From positions 216,816,001 through 216,880,000 of the forward strand of contig NC_086097.1 of the NCBI RefSeq assembly GCF_963921235.1: DNA of 64,000 nucleotides. Direction: 5' to 3'. Shown one piece after another: positions 63,636 to 64,000 of this stretch. The DNA comes from Mobula hypostoma (lineage: Eukaryota). Position 1 is the first letter of the stretch; every line of letters starts with the position of its first letter. Below the pieces are notes generated by a model. That model searched no databases. It saw only the letters and a list, made by a program, of their open reading frames with translations, and had not been told where the DNA came from. The position numbers and the translations under genes were made by a program.

Positions 63636-64000
63636 AATGTAATACTTCTTGAAATTCTCCCTTTGACGTGTTACTCAGGAAATCAATGTACTTTAACCTG
63701 GAGAATGTGGATTGACACTCAGTTTAAGCATATTTTAATGATGCAAATCCAAGCCATCCACTCCCTCCCTCCGACTCTGTCCCAGGCACAGTTAAATCCT
63801 ATTGAATCACATTTTCTCTTCAGTCCCCTACAACTTTATCAACAATACAAAAATTTTATCCCATTGATTGGCCCAGGCCCTGAACCCCGATTCTTCATCC
63901 CCCCCCACCATATTTTCCTTCACCTGTTCCACATTGACCCTTTTAAAGTACATATTCTTTGTACCATTGTGGAAATACCACTTCCATCAGATCATTGTAA

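Noticed and set aside
1..64000. CRISPR arrays, operons, bona fide tRNA/rRNA genes
   Set aside because: No regularly spaced repeat-spacer array. The DNA is eukaryotic, and the tRNA-like segments are SINE heads without full cloverleafs.

Overview
Vertebrate, repeat-dense genomic DNA. The repeat types (V-domain/HE1-type SINEs, abundant CR1 and Rex1-type LINEs, Penelope-derived palindromes) suggest a cartilaginous fish, probably a ray or shark; this is inference. I cannot support any host protein-coding gene: every ORF I can assign to a protein family belongs to a transposable element. The window holds many CR1 and Rex1/Babar-type LINE fragments, one full-length but disrupted L1-clade element (18357-24160, -), a nested R4/Dong-clade LINE, Tc1 remnants, a deleted Gypsy element, a solo LTR with target-site duplication (TSD), and SINEs. 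The most interesting signal is RNA structure. (i) Two unrelated short non-coding retroposon families (51019-51555 -; 48078-48665 + and 54971-55474 -) start with an HDV-like double-pseudoknot ribozyme fold, and both carry an unusual extra hairpin between L3 and the 3' strand of P3. (ii) A family of Penelope-derived palindromes carries a minimal hammerhead ribozyme on each strand, including a perfect 109-bp-arm copy with a 14-bp TSD (42744-42999). Folds were derived by eye and activity is untested. Boundaries of old fragments are approximate.
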